Assembly (NCBI RefSeq): GCF_963921235.1
Contig: NC_086097.1
Span: 212,662,001 to 212,726,000, forward strand
Source of the DNA: Mobula hypostoma
Taxonomy: Eukaryota
Direction of reading: 5' to 3'
Length of the DNA stretch: 64,000 nt
Shown: piece after piece, positions 63,641 to 64,000 of the stretch
Numbering within the stretch: position 1 is the stretch's first letter
Layout of the letters: every line of letters starts with the position of its first letter
Notes under the pieces: generated by a model
The model's database searches: none
What the model was told of the DNA's origin: nothing
Seen by the model: the letters and a program-made list of their open reading frames with translations, nothing else
Program-made: the position numbers and the translations under genes

Positions 63641-64000
63641 GGCTCCGTTTTTTTCTATGTTTCTGGGTTTTTATTATTAAAAAATTAATGAGAAAGGGAT
63701 CCAAAAGTTCCAACATGCAATAGTTTATTGAAGTACCTTAAATAACTGTACCTACTGAAACTTGCAAGTGGTGTGCTGTAATTTAGTGAGAATAGCATTA
63801 AAATGAAGCAAAATGTAGAATTTCATATCACTGCCACTGATTTCTCCAATAAGACTGGAATTCAATTACGTGAGATATTCTGTATTATTACTACCAATAA
63901 GTCCTCTTTGTCTGCAGTGTGTTTCGGAAACTGCACCACAGGATCTATGCCAAAGGGCTTCTGAATAACAATGGAGCTCATTTAGCTCTAGCTTAGTGGC

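Overview
This window is repeat-dense vertebrate genomic DNA, most likely intronic or intergenic. The repeat set (HE1-type V-SINEs, many CR1 and Rex1/Babar LINEs, Penelope elements) points by inference to a cartilaginous fish, probably a ray. It contains no intact long gene, no prokaryotic features and no CRISPR array, and nearly every long ORF in the track is a retroelement fragment. (1) A decayed ERV1-like provirus (~407-7260) has a tRNA-Pro primer-binding site, and its 5' LTR is split by nested CR1, Rex1 and solo-LTR insertions. (2) A 5'-truncated Neptune-type Penelope element (23081-26040; RT plus GIY-YIG) carries a minimal hammerhead-ribozyme motif in its 3' pLTR. (3) Eight 170-250 bp fold-back elements are built from that pLTR end; seven have clear 13-17 bp TSDs, and the hairpins turn around in or next to the hammerhead core. 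(4) There are non-coding ~0.9-1.0 kb retroposons with Rex1-type tails, plus L1, RTE, R4-clade and Tc1 remnants. (5) An 88-bp inverted repeat has one arm split by an L1 insertion. (6) Several small candidate minus-strand exons belong to a gene I cannot name. Boundaries of old repeats are approximate and were read by eye; no database searches were run.
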